Source of the DNA: Acidobacteriaceae bacterium
GTDB taxonomy: Bacteria > Acidobacteriota > Terriglobia > Terriglobales > Acidobacteriaceae
Direction of reading: 5' to 3'
Length of the DNA stretch: 40,890 nucleotides
Assembly (NCBI GenBank): GCA_003169715.1
Contig: PNAR01000205.1
Location: 1 to 40,890 of the forward strand
Shown one piece after another: positions 25,468 to 34,305 of this stretch; within the stretch, counting starts at the first letter, position 1, and each line of letters starts with the position of its first letter. The position numbers and the translations under genes were made by a program. A model generated the notes under the pieces. That model ran no database searches. It saw only the letters and a program-made list of their open reading frames with translations, and was not told the DNA's origin.

Positions 25468-27417
25468 ATGATTCAGCTCTCCGGCGCCGGAAAACGTTTT
25501 GGCCACAAGCTCCTTTTCGAAGGGGCCGACTGGATGATCACTCCCCGCGATCGCATGGGGCTTGTCGGCGCGAACGGCACCGGTAAATCTACGCTGATGA
25601 AGGTTCTCGCCGGCCTCGAAACTCTCGATTACGGCTCGGTCAGCTTCGCCAAAGGAATCAGCGCCGGATATCTTCCCCAGGACGGTCTCACTCTGTCCGG
25701 TCAAACTGTCTTCGCCGAATGTATGTCCGTATTCTCCGACCTTCGCGCCATGGAGCAGGAGATGGAGGATCTGACGGGACGCATGCCGGAGTTGGACCAC
25801 ACTTCTGCTGAATATGCGCAGGTGGCGGATCGCTATCACAAGATCGAGCACGAATTTCAAACTCGCGAGGGGTATGCGATTGATGCCAAGGTAGGAACGG
25901 TGCTTACGGGGTTGGGTTTCCGCAAGGAAGACTGGGGCCGGTTGACCGATGAGTTTTCCGGCGGATGGCAAATGCGTCTTGCGCTCGCCAAACTCCTGCT
26001 TCAGCAGCCAAATCTGCTTTTGCTCGATGAGCCCACCAATCATCTCGATCTCGAAGCGCGGAACTGGCTGGAAGAATATTTGACGCATTATCCCAACGCT
26101 TTCATTCTGATTTCCCATGACCGTTATTTTTTGGATATCACGGTGAATAAGATCGCCGAAATCTGGAACAAGCGCATTCATCTTTACAGCGGCAACTACG
26201 AGAAATATTTAAACCAGAAGTCCCAACGGCTGGAGCAACTTCAGGCTGGTTATCGCAATCAGCGGGATCGAATCGAACAACTGGAAATATTTATCAATCG
26301 CTTCCGCTATACGGCAACCAAGGCGAAACAAGTCCAGAGCCGAATCAAGGAACTAGAAAGAATGGAGCGGATTGAACTTCCGGAAGAAGAGAAGACGATT
26401 CACTTCTCTTTTCCTCAACCGAAGCCCAGCGGCAGGATCGTGGTCGAATTTGAAAACGTTGCGAAATCCTATGGCGAAAAAGAAGTCTTTCGCGATGTCA
26501 GCTTTATGATCGAGCGCGGTGACCGAATTGCTTTAGTTGGCGTGAATGGCGCTGGCAAATCAACTCTAATCAAACTGTTGGCCAGAGAGGAACCGCTGAC
26601 CAGCGGCGAATATCGCGAAGGACACAACGTGCAGGCCGACTATTTCGCACAAGACCAGTACAAAGAATTAGATCAGGATGCGCGCGTTCTCGACGATCTG
26701 GGCGAAATCTCTTCCCGCTCCACCGAGACCGAACTGCGCAGTTTATTGGGCTGTTTTTTATTTTCCGCCGATGACGTTTTCAAACGCATCGGTGTGTTGT
26801 CAGGGGGTGAGCGCAATCGCTATGCACTGCTGCGCATGCTGCTTCATCCCGCTAATTTCCTATTGCTGGATGAGCCCACAAATCACCTCGATATGCGTGC
26901 CAAAGATGTTCTGCTGGAGTCCCTCACGAAGTACACCGGCACCGTCCTCTTCGTTTCCCATGATCGTTATTTTATTGACAAGCTGGCCACCCGAATCTTC
27001 GAGGTCGGCGATGGCCGGGTGGAAGTTTATCCCGGCAACTACGAGGATTACCTTTGGCGAAAGCAGGGTGGGGCTGCCGCATTGGAGCAAGCTGTGGCGG
27101 CATCCGCGAAGCCTGCCATCCCGAAACCCACGCCGCCAGCCAATGGTAGGCAAACCGAAGCCGCACAAGAGCGCTCTGACGATACCCAGAGGCGACTGAA
27201 TCCCATCAAGCGCAAGCAGATTGAAGACAGAGTGCGCGAACTTGAGATCGAGATATCTCGCTTGGAACGCCGCATCGGAGCCTGTGAGACCGCTTTGCAA
27301 ACGTTCGTGAATTCCGGCGAAACCGAGCGCCAAAGCCGTGAATTGAATGACTGCCGGAAGCGATTGAAGGACTGTCTCGCGGAATGGGAAGAACTTAGTC
27401 AGACGCTGCAAGCATAA
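25468..27417 (+). CDS. ABC-F family ATPase (Uup/YheS-like, two ABC domains plus C-terminal coiled coil)
   Basis: Two Walker A motifs (GANGTGKST, GVNGAGKST), two signature motifs (FSGGWQMR, LSGGERNR), no TM segments, and a C-terminal coiled coil RVRELEIEISRLERRI. Confidence 0.9.
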   Translation: MIQLSGAGKRFGHKLLFEGADWMITPRDRMGLVGANGTGKSTLMKVLAGLETLDYGSVSFAKGISAGYLPQDGLTLSGQTVFAECMSVFSDLRAMEQEMEDLTGRMPELDHTSAEYAQVADRYHKIEHEFQTREGYAIDAKVGTVLTGLGFRKEDWGRLTDEFSGGWQMRLALAKLLLQQPNLLLLDEPTNHLDLEARNWLEEYLTHYPNAFILISHDRYFLDITVNKIAEIWNKRIHLYSGNYEKYLNQKSQRLEQLQAGYRNQRDRIEQLEIFINRFRYTATKAKQVQSRIKELERMERIELPEEEKTIHFSFPQPKPSGRIVVEFENVAKSYGEKEVFRDVSFMIERGDRIALVGVNGAGKSTLIKLLAREEPLTSGEYREGHNVQADYFAQDQYKELDQDARVLDDLGEISSRSTETELRSLLGCFLFSADDVFKRIGVLSGGERNRYALLRMLLHPANFLLLDEPTNHLDMRAKDVLLESLTKYTGTVLFVSHDRYFIDKLATRIFEVGDGRVEVYPGNYEDYLWRKQGGAAALEQAVAASAKPAIPKPTPPANGRQTEAAQERSDDTQRRLNPIKRKQIEDRVRELEIEISRLERRIGACETALQTFVNSGETERQSRELNDCRKRLKDCLAEWEELSQTLQA

Positions 27418-27609
27418 TCTTTCAAGATACGAGACCCGTCCAAGGCCGGTCGGCCAACATCGGCGACCCAGGTCCGAGCACTTCCGTAACTCTGCATTTC
27501 GCGAGTTCCGTGCGATATTCAAATTGGCCCTTGGGCCGCAATCCACACACCTTGGCATACGGCGGCGATCACGGCCTGGCTGGAATGCGAATAAGGAAGG
27601 TCGAACTCC

Positions 27610-28125
27610 ATGTTGCAATCTTCGGACAGCATTCAAAGATTTTCGTCGAACATACCAACCCCAGCGAAAACCGTCACTACGCCGGTGGAACAAGCCACGA
27701 TAGGGCGATCCCTGGTAATCAAGGGAGAGGTTCGCGGCGAGGAATCTATTTACATTGACGGCCAGATCGAAGGTACAATCCACTTCGCCGACCATCGCGT
27801 CACCATCGGACGAAATGGAAAAGTGAACGCCAACATCTCCGCTCGCGAGGTCGTTGTCATGGGAAAGGTCAAGGGAAACGTTCAATGTACCGACCGCGTG
27901 GACATTCGCGCGGAAGGCTGCTTGACCGGCGATATAGTCACGCAGCGCATCAGCGTCGAGGATGGCGCGGTGTTGACAGGGAGTGTGCAGATTCGCACGG
28001 CTGAAGCTAAGGCAGAAAACAAGAAAGACAAATCGCAGAATCAAGCGCAGGCGACAAAAACCGTGGATGAGGTCCCGAGCGTTGGCACAAAAGAAGAACT
28101 CCTGGCTGCGGTCGCGGGAAAATAA
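27610..28125 (+). CDS. Bactofilin (polymer-forming cytoskeletal protein)
   Basis: Beta-helical repeat core IKGEVRGEESIYIDGQIEGTIHFADHRVTIGRNGKVNANISAREVVVMGKVKGNVQCTDRVDIRAEGCLTGDIVTQRISVEDGAVLTGSV. AAGGAAGG lies upstream of the ATG. Confidence 0.85.
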   Translation: MLQSSDSIQRFSSNIPTPAKTVTTPVEQATIGRSLVIKGEVRGEESIYIDGQIEGTIHFADHRVTIGRNGKVNANISAREVVVMGKVKGNVQCTDRVDIRAEGCLTGDIVTQRISVEDGAVLTGSVQIRTAEAKAENKKDKSQNQAQATKTVDEVPSVGTKEELLAAVAGK

Positions 28126-28152
28126 TCTGTTTCACAATTAGCGACCACCTTG

Positions 28153-28187
28153 AAGCCCATTCGAAACCGGATGGGCTTATGTTTTTT
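28153..28187 (+). terminator. Intrinsic terminator after the bactofilin gene
   Basis: AAGCCCAT (28153-28160) pairs with ATGGGCTT (28171-28178), followed by atgTTTTTT. Confidence 0.7.
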
Positions 28188-28201
28188 CGGCAGAAATCTC
28201 G

Positions 28202-28624
28202 TCACTTTTTCGGGTCGTCGCCCTTCAAATCCAGCGAAGCCGAGTTCATGCAATAACGCAAACCTGTCGGCGCCGGGCCATCTTCAAAAACGTGGCCGAG
28301 GTGCGCGTCGCACTTCGAACAGCGCGCTTCCGTCCTGACCATCCCAAACTTGCGGTCGCTCTCTTCTTCGATAGCACCCGGCTCCAGCGGCTTCCAGAAA
28401 CTGGGCCATCCCGTTCCGGAATCGAACTTCGTGTCCGCACTAAATAATGGCTGCCCGCAACAGGCGCATTGATAAGTACCCTTGTCTTTCGTGTTCCAGT
28501 ATTTTCCGGTGAATGCCGGCTCGGTTCCGGCTTTTCTCGCAACTTGATATTGTTCTGGCGAGAGCTGCTTCTTCCACTCTTCGTCGGTTTTGATTAGTTT
28601 ATCTGCCGTTATTTTTTCTGCCAT
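28202..28624 (-). CDS. msrB: Peptide-methionine (R)-S-oxide reductase
   Basis: Two Zn CxxC pairs ([21 protein letters not shown]) and the catalytic RYCMNS motif. The start was moved to the ATG at 28624 (MAEKIT), which has GGAGAGG upstream. Confidence 0.9.
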   Translation of the reverse strand: MAEKITADKLIKTDEEWKKQLSPEQYQVARKAGTEPAFTGKYWNTKDKGTYQCACCGQPLFSADTKFDSGTGWPSFWKPLEPGAIEEESDRKFGMVRTEARCSKCDAHLGHVFEDGPAPTGLRYCMNSASLDLKGDDPKK

Positions 28625-28771
28625 TGGCTGCCTCTCCGTCTTCTGGTAGTAGATTAGTTTGAAAATATGAGGCTTCATCCCGAGCCGCGAGGGATTTCGC
28701 GCGTAGCAAAAACGCGCTGAACATGAGCACGATACCAATCCCGGCAATGTCCTTAGCGAAATTATCCTTCG

Positions 28772-30424
28772 TCAGAGCGAGACCCCTCGCTTCCATGGAA
28801 TGAAGTCGGCTTGCGCTTTAATCTCGGCTTTGGTGTGAACTTCTCCGCTGGCGACTTTGATCACCAACTCTAAAATTTCTTCGCCCATTCGTTCGATTGT
28901 AGTTTCGCCAGAAACGATTCTTCCGGTATCAATGTCAATGATGTCGCTCATGCGCTGCGCCAGGATTGAATTGGTCGCTAGCTTCACGACAGGAGCGATC
29001 GGATTTCCTGTCGGAGTGCCCAACCCAGTTGTGAACAGGACGATGTTTGCGCCCGCCCCCACTTGCGCTGTGACACATTCCACATCGTTACCCGGTGTGC
29101 ACTGCAAATTCAATCCCTGCTCAGTTGCATATTCGGGATAATCAATCACAGCGACAACTGGGGACGTACCGCCCTTCTTTGCCGCGCCCGCTGATTTCAT
29201 TGCATCCGTAATTAGGCCGTCGCGAATGTTTCCAGGGGAAGGATTCATGTCGAAGCCAGACCCGACCGCTTGGGCGCGGGCATTGTAGCTTTGCATCAAC
29301 TGGATAAACCGGTCGGAAATCTCTTTTCGCGTGCTGCGATTGATGAATTGTTGCTCCACTCCGCACAATTCGGGAAATTCCGAAAGAATGGTTTTGCCCC
29401 CAAGAGCTACGATCAAGTCAGACGTGTGTCCGATAGCGGGGTTGGCGGAAATGCCGGAAAATCCGTCGGAGCCCCCGCACTTCAGGCCGACCGTCAAATG
29501 TGCGAGCGATGAGGAAAGGCGCCTCGCTTTATTGGCCTCGGCCATTCCAGAAAAAGTCTGGCGAATCGCCTCAGAAAGCATGGCGAATTCCGTACCGCTT
29601 TGTTGCTGCTCCAATATGAAGAGAGGCTTGTCGAAATTTGGATTGCGGCTTCTGATTTGCTGCTTAAGAATCCCGGCCTGCGCATGCTGGCATCCCAGGC
29701 TGAGGATTGTGGCTCCCGCGACATTTGGATGATTGATGTAACCCGCAATCAGGCCACAGAGATTGTTCGAGTCTTCGCGGGTTCCTCCACAGCCGCCTTC
29801 ATGAACAAGAAACTTGATGCCATCAATATTCTGAAAAAGCCTTCGAGGCGAAGAGTCCGAACCGTTGCCCGGCACGCTGTGGGCGCTAATAGCTTCTTCG
29901 GCCTTCCCCTCTCGATACAGCCGCGCCAATTCGGCGACCTGCTGCCGGTAAACTTGCGGAGCGGCGAAGCCCAATTCTTCTTCAAAAGCCTGCCTCAGCA
30001 CTGCGATATTTTGGTTCTCGCAAAATACCAGGGGTACGACCAGCCAGTAATTGCGGGTTCCCACTTGTCCGTCTGAGCGCGGATACCCTAGAAAGGTTCG
30101 ATCTCTCCAGCGAGAAACGTCTGGAGCCTTCCAGTGAAATTCCTGCGACTTTGCCTGAAACGGCGCTGTCTGATGATGAACGTTGTTCGTAGTCAGGAGC
30201 GATCCCCGGGGAATTGGTTTCGTAGCACTCCCGACGATTACCCCGTACATGGTCACGGGCGCGCCAACTTGGAGATCTTCGGTGGCGAATTTGTGCTTGG
30301 CGGGAACGCTCGACAGCAACGTATAACTATTTTCCGAAAAATCCACTTCCTCGCCCAGTTTCAAATCAACGAGCGCGATGAGGACGTTATCCCTCGAGTC
30401 GAGTTGGAGAACTTTTTCTTGCAC
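28772..30424 (-). CDS. UxaA-family sugar-acid dehydratase (altronate/galactarate dehydratase-like)
   Basis: N-terminal SAF domain (DSRDNVLIALVDLKLGEEV) and a large C-terminal GD_AH-type domain (FLVHEGGCGGTREDS, GLKCGGSDGFSGISANP). 550 aa. Confidence 0.8.
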   Translation of the reverse strand: MQEKVLQLDSRDNVLIALVDLKLGEEVDFSENSYTLLSSVPAKHKFATEDLQVGAPVTMYGVIVGSATKPIPRGSLLTTNNVHHQTAPFQAKSQEFHWKAPDVSRWRDRTFLGYPRSDGQVGTRNYWLVVPLVFCENQNIAVLRQAFEEELGFAAPQVYRQQVAELARLYREGKAEEAISAHSVPGNGSDSSPRRLFQNIDGIKFLVHEGGCGGTREDSNNLCGLIAGYINHPNVAGATILSLGCQHAQAGILKQQIRSRNPNFDKPLFILEQQQSGTEFAMLSEAIRQTFSGMAEANKARRLSSSLAHLTVGLKCGGSDGFSGISANPAIGHTSDLIVALGGKTILSEFPELCGVEQQFINRSTRKEISDRFIQLMQSYNARAQAVGSGFDMNPSPGNIRDGLITDAMKSAGAAKKGGTSPVVAVIDYPEYATEQGLNLQCTPGNDVECVTAQVGAGANIVLFTTGLGTPTGNPIAPVVKLATNSILAQRMSDIIDIDTGRIVSGETTIERMGEEILELVIKVASGEVHTKAEIKAQADFIPWKRGVSL

Positions 30425-30518
30425 TCTAGTCAGTCAAGTAAATAGTTACCCTAATTAGATGAAGCTCAGACGAAGACGATTGCGAAATCATGGCCGCCCC
30501 GGATGACGAATATTGAAC

Positions 30519-32462
30519 TCAATTCGTACTCGCCGGATGCCGCGCCTGCGAATCAATCGTTGTTCCCGATAGCGTCGCCCACCCACGGCGCGAGAGATCC
30601 CAGAAAATCAGGTAACCGGCGATCCCTGCAATCGCCAACAGCACGCCGCCCCACAACCATTGCTCGAAGACTAGCTTGCCAATTCCGAAAAGACATCCGT
30701 AAACAAGGATAACGCCCATCAGCCAGTTGAAAGAATTGCCAGCCACGTCACGAATCTCTGGCAATTCAGGAACTAGTCTCGCAATTTTCTTCCATCCGTA
30801 AACCGTCGGATGAACCCGCTTGTAAAATGCAATCAACGTTTGCTCGGATTCCGGGCGAGATAAAAACGTCGCCATCAGCCACGCAATCGTCGTAATTCCG
30901 CCGGTGATCAGAGCACTTTTCGCGTATACAACCGCGCTATTGCCACTGAACGTAACTTTGCTGAGCCAGATGGTGACCGCGGCTGCAACGACCATGGCTG
31001 ATATCTCGCTCCACGCGTTAATCCGCCACCAATACCAGCGCAGTATGTATACCGCCCCCGTGCCAAAGCCGATATTTAAAACCAGGTCCCAGCCTTGCTT
31101 AATAGAAGTCAATTGCATGGCGGTATATCCGCTCGCAAGTACGAGCAAGACGGTAAACAATTTACTGACGAGAACGTAATGGCGTTCAGTTGCGCCCCGC
31201 ACCATGAAGCGTTTGTAGAGATCGTTCACCAGATACGAACAGCCCCAGTTCAATTGCGTCCCCACGGTTGACATGAAAGCCGCGAGAAATGCGGCAACCA
31301 TTAGCCCCCGCAATGCGGGAGGCAGGTAGTCGCGTAAGACCATTACGTATCCCTGCTCCGGGTTCGCGGCAAAAGCCGCACTGGGATGAATGCCACCGTT
31401 TGGCGAATAGACGACTATGGCGACCAGCGCGGTAATGATCCACGGCCACGGACGCAATGCATAGTGGGCGATGTTGAACCACAAAGTTGCGCCGAGAGAA
31501 TTTTTTTCGTCTCTGGCGCTGAACATCCGCTGCGCCACGTAGCCGCCTCCGCCAGGTTCCGCACCGGGATACCAGGCCAGCCACCATTGCATGACCAAGT
31601 ACACAAAGAAGGTAAGCAGTGGAAGGGTCCAAAGAGCGTCGGTTGTCAGTCCCATATGGAAGTCTGGCAAAAACGCGACTGGGTTCGCCGTTTGCACACC
31701 GGTCTGATGAACATTATGTTCGATCACGACCAAACGCGCCTGAAGCGCTTGCATCCCGCCTATTTTCGCCACCGCGACCCAAGCAAGCACGATGATCATT
31801 GCCATCTTCAAAATGAACTGGAACAGATCGGTAACCAGCACTCCCCACAACCCGCCGATGAAGGTATAGATGCCAGTGAATGGAATGATCACGAAGATGC
31901 ATAGCAGCAGCGACGTTGTGTGCGGGGCGCCCAAAGTATATTGAAGAGTATGCCCCGCCAAAGCAAACTGCACCACCCGTCCTTCGGCGATGGCTGGACC
32001 CAGCAGAACAGTAATGATGTTAATCATCGCCTGCGTAACCCATCCCAGAATGAAGCAGTTCATGAACAGGCCGAGGTAGATCGCCTTGAAGCCGCGCAGA
32101 AAGGCCGCGGGCTTGCCTCCGTAGCGGATCTCGACGAATTGCACATCTGTCAGTATTTCTGCGCGACGCCAATAGCGGGCGAAGAAGAATACAGTCAACA
32201 TTCCCCCGATGCAAAAGCCCCACCAGATCCAGTTCCCGGCGATTCCAGATTTCGCGACGAGACCGCAGACCAGCAACGGAGTATCCGCGGCAAACGTAGT
32301 CGCCACCATTGACGTTCCAGCGAGCCACCAGGAAACATCCCGCCCTGAAATAAAAAATTCCTCGGTATTTCCGCTGGCCCGGCGCCGGTAGTAAATGCTG
32401 ATCAGCAGATTGATCAGCAGATATCCGGCGATGACCATCCAATCCGTCGAAGTGAGTGGCAT
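30519..32462 (-). CDS. Sodium:solute symporter (SSS) family transporter
   Basis: 647-aa polytopic ORF with an N-terminus of the type DWMVIAGYLLINLLISIYYRRRASGNTEEFFISGRDVSWWLAG, typical of the SSS family. It is adjacent to the sugar-acid dehydratase gene. Confidence 0.8.
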   Translation of the reverse strand: MPLTSTDWMVIAGYLLINLLISIYYRRRASGNTEEFFISGRDVSWWLAGTSMVATTFAADTPLLVCGLVAKSGIAGNWIWWGFCIGGMLTVFFFARYWRRAEILTDVQFVEIRYGGKPAAFLRGFKAIYLGLFMNCFILGWVTQAMINIITVLLGPAIAEGRVVQFALAGHTLQYTLGAPHTTSLLLCIFVIIPFTGIYTFIGGLWGVLVTDLFQFILKMAMIIVLAWVAVAKIGGMQALQARLVVIEHNVHQTGVQTANPVAFLPDFHMGLTTDALWTLPLLTFFVYLVMQWWLAWYPGAEPGGGGYVAQRMFSARDEKNSLGATLWFNIAHYALRPWPWIITALVAIVVYSPNGGIHPSAAFAANPEQGYVMVLRDYLPPALRGLMVAAFLAAFMSTVGTQLNWGCSYLVNDLYKRFMVRGATERHYVLVSKLFTVLLVLASGYTAMQLTSIKQGWDLVLNIGFGTGAVYILRWYWWRINAWSEISAMVVAAAVTIWLSKVTFSGNSAVVYAKSALITGGITTIAWLMATFLSRPESEQTLIAFYKRVHPTVYGWKKIARLVPELPEIRDVAGNSFNWLMGVILVYGCLFGIGKLVFEQWLWGGVLLAIAGIAGYLIFWDLSRRGWATLSGTTIDSQARHPASTN

Positions 32463-32583
32463 TCAATCTCCGATTCGCTTAATATCCGAGTCATCTCGTC
32501 AACATCCTGATTCAGCGTTCGCCCGCGGCACGAAAGCCCTTCGCAAACTCGGGATGGCGCCGATAGTAACTTGCGCTTGAACG

Positions 32584-32835
32584 CTAGACTTCGGCCTGGT
32601 CAATGTAGCACCATCGCCAATCCTCGCCCGGCTCAAAGGATCGAATAATCGGGTGCTTCGTCTTATGAAAATGCTTAGTGGCGTGCTTGTGAACGGAACT
32701 GTCACAGCAACCAACGTGCCCGCACTCGAGGCAAAGGCGCAGGTGTACCCAAGTGGCTCCGATTTTCAAGCAATCCTCGCATCCCTGCGCCGAAGGCGTT
32801 ACTTCGCGGATTGTGTTCAGGTGAGTGCAACTCAT
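32584..32835 (-). CDS. Stand-alone UBP-type zinc-finger protein
   Basis: MSCTHLNTIREV...CEDCLKIGATWVHLRLCLECGHVGCCDSSVHKHATKHFHKTKHPII carries the C/H spacing of zf-UBP domains. The ATG at 32835 has GGGGAGAAAA upstream; the track ORF starts at 32859. Confidence 0.75.
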   Translation of the reverse strand: MSCTHLNTIREVTPSAQGCEDCLKIGATWVHLRLCLECGHVGCCDSSVHKHATKHFHKTKHPIIRSFEPGEDWRWCYIDQAEV

Positions 32836-32950
32836 GATTTTCTCCCCATTAGAAACCACGTCGTTTCAAGAACATATTAGACCAGAGTTTCCGTAGGCTG
32901 GCGATATTCCCGCCTTAGCAATACAAAGCAATCCACTGGATGCGCTTGCG

Positions 32951-33010
32951 TTGACGCCTTTCCATGCACCTTCTATCCTTAAATAGAAGAGGTAGGTTCA
33001 GTGACAACCT
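32951..33010 (+). promoter_or_regulatory. Candidate sigma-70-type promoter with two palindromic operator candidates upstream of the FTR1 operon
   Basis: TTGACG (32951-32956), a 17-nt spacer, TATCCT (32974-32979). Palindrome P1 is CTTCTAT-ccttaa-ATAGAAG (32970-32989) and overlaps the -10 element. Palindrome P2 is AGGTT-cagtgac-AACCT (32994-33010), whose half-sites equal those of the DtxR/IdeR box but with a 7-nt rather than 5-nt spacer. Confidence 0.4.
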
Positions 33011-33057
33011 GCCGTTTGAGCAGGCTCGTTCGTTCGAGCCATGGAGAATCGGTTTAA

Positions 33058-34305
33058 ATGTTACAGGCATTCATCGTAACCTTGCGCGAGGGCGTCGAAG
33101 CTGCCCTGATCGTCGGCATCACGCTAGCCTACCTCACCAAGATAGGCCGGGCTGATCTTCGCAAATATGCCTACTGGGCTCTTGTTTCAGCATTTGTTGC
33201 CAGCATTGGCGTCGCCATCCTCCTTTCTCAGACGCATTTGAATGAGGACGTTTTCGAGGGCTGCGTCATGCTGGCGGCGGCAGCGTTTGTCGTCACCATG
33301 ATCATTTTCATGATGAAGACGGGACGCAAGCTCAAGGGAGAAATTGAAGGCAAACTTGGATCGCTCGCTGGCAAAGGCTCGGCGGTTGGAGTTTTCTTTT
33401 TCGTTTTCTTGATGGTGCTGCGCGAAGGCGCCGAAACAGTATTGATTCTGTCGGCAGTTTCACTGAACTCTACCGAGCTGATGAGCTTTCTGGGAACCCT
33501 CTCGGGCATTTTCGTGGCGGTGTTATTCGGAGTGATGTTCGTTAAGGGAAGTGTTCGCATCAATCTGCAAAAGTTCTTTCGCATTACCAGCGCCATTCTG
33601 TTTTTCGTCGCCGCCCAATTGCTGGTTTCCGGACTGCACGAGTTATCAGAGTACGGAGTGCTTCCCTCTTCCAAGCGCGAGATGGCTCTGATTGGCCCGA
33701 TCGTGCGCAACGATTTCTTTTTCGCGGTAACTATTCTCGCGTTGGCCGCGCTCATGGTTTTGTTGGAGGTGAAGCGCCGGCAACCTGCTTCACTTCCTTC
33801 ATCTGGTGCGGAGCGACGCAAAGCCGCTTGGAGCGCCCGCCGCGAGCAATGGTGGATGAGGTCGGTTTACGCCAGTTCGTTTGTTTTCATTCTGCTCATC
33901 ACTGCGGAGTTTGCTTATACGAAAAGCGTTAGCGCGCTTTCTCCGGCGACCGAAATTCATTTCACAAACGGTCAGGTAAGTATTCCGCTAGCTAAGGTTT
34001 CTGACGGCGACCTTCACCGTTTCGCCGCTCTCGAAAACGGTACGACGATTCGTTTCTGGCTGTACAAAAAACCCGACGGAAAGATCGCCACGGTTTTCGA
34101 CGCCTGCCAGATATGTGGCGGCGTTGGCTTTTACAAAAGCGCGAATGGAGTCGTTTGCAAGAACTGCGCTTCGCCAATTAATGGGCAATCCATCGGAACC
34201 AAGGGCGGTTGTAACCCCGTACCTCTCATCGCGCAGATGACATCGGATGCCGTCATCATCAAGGAGGCGGACATCGCGACCGGCATCAAGATGTTCCAAA
34301 AATAA
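33058..34305 (+). CDS. FTR1/EfeU-type iron permease fused to a DUF2318 (Cys-rich, FetA/Cj1660-like) domain
   Basis: Two REXXE motifs (REGVEA near the N-terminus, REGAET at about aa 122) in a 6-7 TM FTR1 core, then an extra TM. The C-terminal domain reads FDACQICGGVGFYKSANGVVCKNCASPINGQSIGTKGGCNPVPL, the CxxC...CxxC...GGCNP pattern of DUF2318. Confidence 0.8.
   Translation: MLQAFIVTLREGVEAALIVGITLAYLTKIGRADLRKYAYWALVSAFVASIGVAILLSQTHLNEDVFEGCVMLAAAAFVVTMIIFMMKTGRKLKGEIEGKLGSLAGKGSAVGVFFFVFLMVLREGAETVLILSAVSLNSTELMSFLGTLSGIFVAVLFGVMFVKGSVRINLQKFFRITSAILFFVAAQLLVSGLHELSEYGVLPSSKREMALIGPIVRNDFFFAVTILALAALMVLLEVKRRQPASLPSSGAERRKAAWSARREQWWMRSVYASSFVFILLITAEFAYTKSVSALSPATEIHFTNGQVSIPLAKVSDGDLHRFAALENGTTIRFWLYKKPDGKIATVFDACQICGGVGFYKSANGVVCKNCASPINGQSIGTKGGCNPVPLIAQMTSDAVIIKEADIATGIKMFQK

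Noticed and set aside
25444-26181. 245-aa minus-strand ORF opposite the first ABC domain of the ABC-F gene
   Set aside because: It is a shadow ORF of a GC-rich coding region, and the plus-strand frame carries all the ABC motifs.
26860-28044. 394-aa minus-strand ORF spanning the 3' end of the ABC-F gene, the spacer and the bactofilin gene
   Set aside because: It is antisense to two genes with strong family motifs. Its only protein-like stretch (ITIMGNEEDG...HIEVICGLIQQ) is the familiar mirror-frame artefact opposite ABC Walker B and signature regions. No independent motifs or RBS.
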